Positions 62,323 through 64,000 of a stretch of 64,000 bases of DNA are shown piece after piece. Under the pieces are notes generated by a model, which made no database searches, was not told the origin of the DNA, and saw only the letters and a list, made by a program, of their open reading frames with translations. A program made the position numbers and the translations under genes. Source of the DNA: Candidatus Poribacteria bacterium (GTDB taxonomy: Bacteria > Poribacteria > WGA-4E > WGA-3G); the NCBI GenBank assembly GCA_964291315.2, contig OZ219753.1, positions 2,688,001 through 2,752,000 on the forward strand, written 5' to 3'. Within the stretch, counting starts at the first letter, position 1. Every line of letters starts with the position of its first letter.

Positions 62323-63738
62323 ATGACACCAAGTGAGGTGGTCGCATTTGCAAAAGAAAATGGTGTTAAAATAGTTGATCTCAAATTCATGGATATGCCG
62401 GGAATGTGGCAACACTTTTCACTGATGGCGGGTGAGTTGGACGAAGGTATCTTTGAAGAAGGCATCGGCTTCGACGGCTCCAGTATCCGTGGTTTTCAGG
62501 CGATTAATGAGAGCGATATGCTGCTCTTTCCGGATCCAGCGACTGCTCTGATTGACCCGGTCTGCAAGGTGCCGACACTGAGTATCACATGTAACATCAA
62601 AGACCCAATTACATTGGAGAATTACACGCGTGATGTTCGGCATATTGCACAGAAAGCAGAGGCGTATCTTCAGTCTACAGGGATCGCGGATATAAGTTAT
62701 TGGGGTCCAGAGGCAGAGTTTTATCTTCTCAACGACATCCGCTACGGTCAAAACCAATATTCGGGCTTCTACTCGGTCGATTCTGTGGAAGGTAGTTGGA
62801 ACTCGGGTCGCGAAGAGAATCCAAACCTTGGTTACAAGCCGCGTTATAAAGAGGGGTATTTCCCGGTACCGCCGTCCGACACACTTCAAGACCTGCGGTC
62901 TGAGATTTGTTTGAAGTTGATGGAAGCTGGCATCGATGTGGAAGTTCACCACCATGAGGTGGGGACTGCAGGTCAAGGCGAAATTGATATTCGTTTTGAT
63001 ACATTGACTGTGGTTGGCGATAAGCTTGCGTTATACAAGTATATTGTCAAAAATGTGGCGCGTGCTAATAATTTAGTTGCTACTTTCATGCCGAAACCGC
63101 TTTTCCAAGACAATGGTTCTGGGATGCATGTACACCAGAGTCTCTGGAAAAACGGCAAGAACCTTTTCTACGATCCACAAGGTTACTCACTTCTCAGCGA
63201 GACGGCTCTCTATTACATTGGCGGTTTGCTGAGGCATGCTCGTTCGCTTTGTGCAATTATTGCCCCGACGACTAATTCCTACAAGCGTTTAGTTCCAGGG
63301 TACGAAGCCCCGGTTAATATTGCTTACTCTCAACGGAATCGTAGTGCTTGTGTGCGTATCCCGGTTTACTCGAAGAGCGAGAAGGCGAAGCGGGTTGAAT
63401 TCCGGACGCCGGATCCGTCTTGTAATCCATATCTTGCGTTTAGTGCGCTGCTCATGGCAGGGCTTGATGGCATCCAGAACCGTATCCACCCTGGTGATCC
63501 GTTGGATAAAGACCTCTATGATCTTGAGCCGGAAGAAATAGCGGACATTGAGTCAACGCCGCCGTCTCTCGGAGATTCACTTGATGCGTTAGAAGACGAC
63601 CACGAGTACCTGCTCAAGGGGGATGTGTTCACGCAAGATGTCTTGGATGTTTGGATCGATTACAAACGTGAGAACGAGGTTGATGCCCTAAATATGCGGC
63701 CCCACCCGTATGAGTTCTACCTCTATCATGATATTTAG
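62323..63738 (+). CDS. glnA: glutamine synthetase type I
   Basis: [44 protein letters not shown]. Confidence 0.98.
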   Translation: MTPSEVVAFAKENGVKIVDLKFMDMPGMWQHFSLMAGELDEGIFEEGIGFDGSSIRGFQAINESDMLLFPDPATALIDPVCKVPTLSITCNIKDPITLENYTRDVRHIAQKAEAYLQSTGIADISYWGPEAEFYLLNDIRYGQNQYSGFYSVDSVEGSWNSGREENPNLGYKPRYKEGYFPVPPSDTLQDLRSEICLKLMEAGIDVEVHHHEVGTAGQGEIDIRFDTLTVVGDKLALYKYIVKNVARANNLVATFMPKPLFQDNGSGMHVHQSLWKNGKNLFYDPQGYSLLSETALYYIGGLLRHARSLCAIIAPTTNSYKRLVPGYEAPVNIAYSQRNRSACVRIPVYSKSEKAKRVEFRTPDPSCNPYLAFSALLMAGLDGIQNRIHPGDPLDKDLYDLEPEEIADIESTPPSLGDSLDALEDDHEYLLKGDVFTQDVLDVWIDYKRENEVDALNMRPHPYEFYLYHDI

Positions 63739-63855
63739 CCTGAGGGAGCGAAGTTGTTAAGGAACAGACTGCGGGGCGGATACGGGAATCCGCCCTCGAC
63801 ACTTATCCCGATCTCCCGATAAGTCTAGAGAGCAGAGATTGCTAGCTCTGATTGA

Positions 63856-64000
<145 letters not shown>

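Overview
Bacterial chromosomal window. The gene content (WD40/TPR proteins, PhyH dioxygenases, sulfatase-fold and FGE-domain proteins, heptamer intergenic repeats) resembles Ca. Poribacteria-type symbionts; this taxonomy is inference only. The window opens with the trailer part of a large CRISPR array (about 64 repeats of 37 bp, no cas genes in the window). Most of the rest is housekeeping and catabolic genes: thiC, glcB, argH, pyrF, tyrA-cmk-plsC, ychF, leuB, def, larE, glcF, dcd, and glnA-glnB with a sigma54/NtrC-type promoter. The standout is an accessory operon at about 35.3-45.3 kb. It encodes a GrpE-like protein, a lid-less Hsp70, and two paralogous membrane proteins that share an HPD-less J-like domain plus a TM helix but carry different C-terminal modules (cyclophilin versus five tandem FGE/C-type-lectin domains). 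The six FGE/CLec domains in the locus carry DGR-like variable regions (variation at codon positions 1-2 of NNC/NNT codons), and all modules are joined by a shared ~60-bp linker. No RT, Avd or template repeat is visible in the window.
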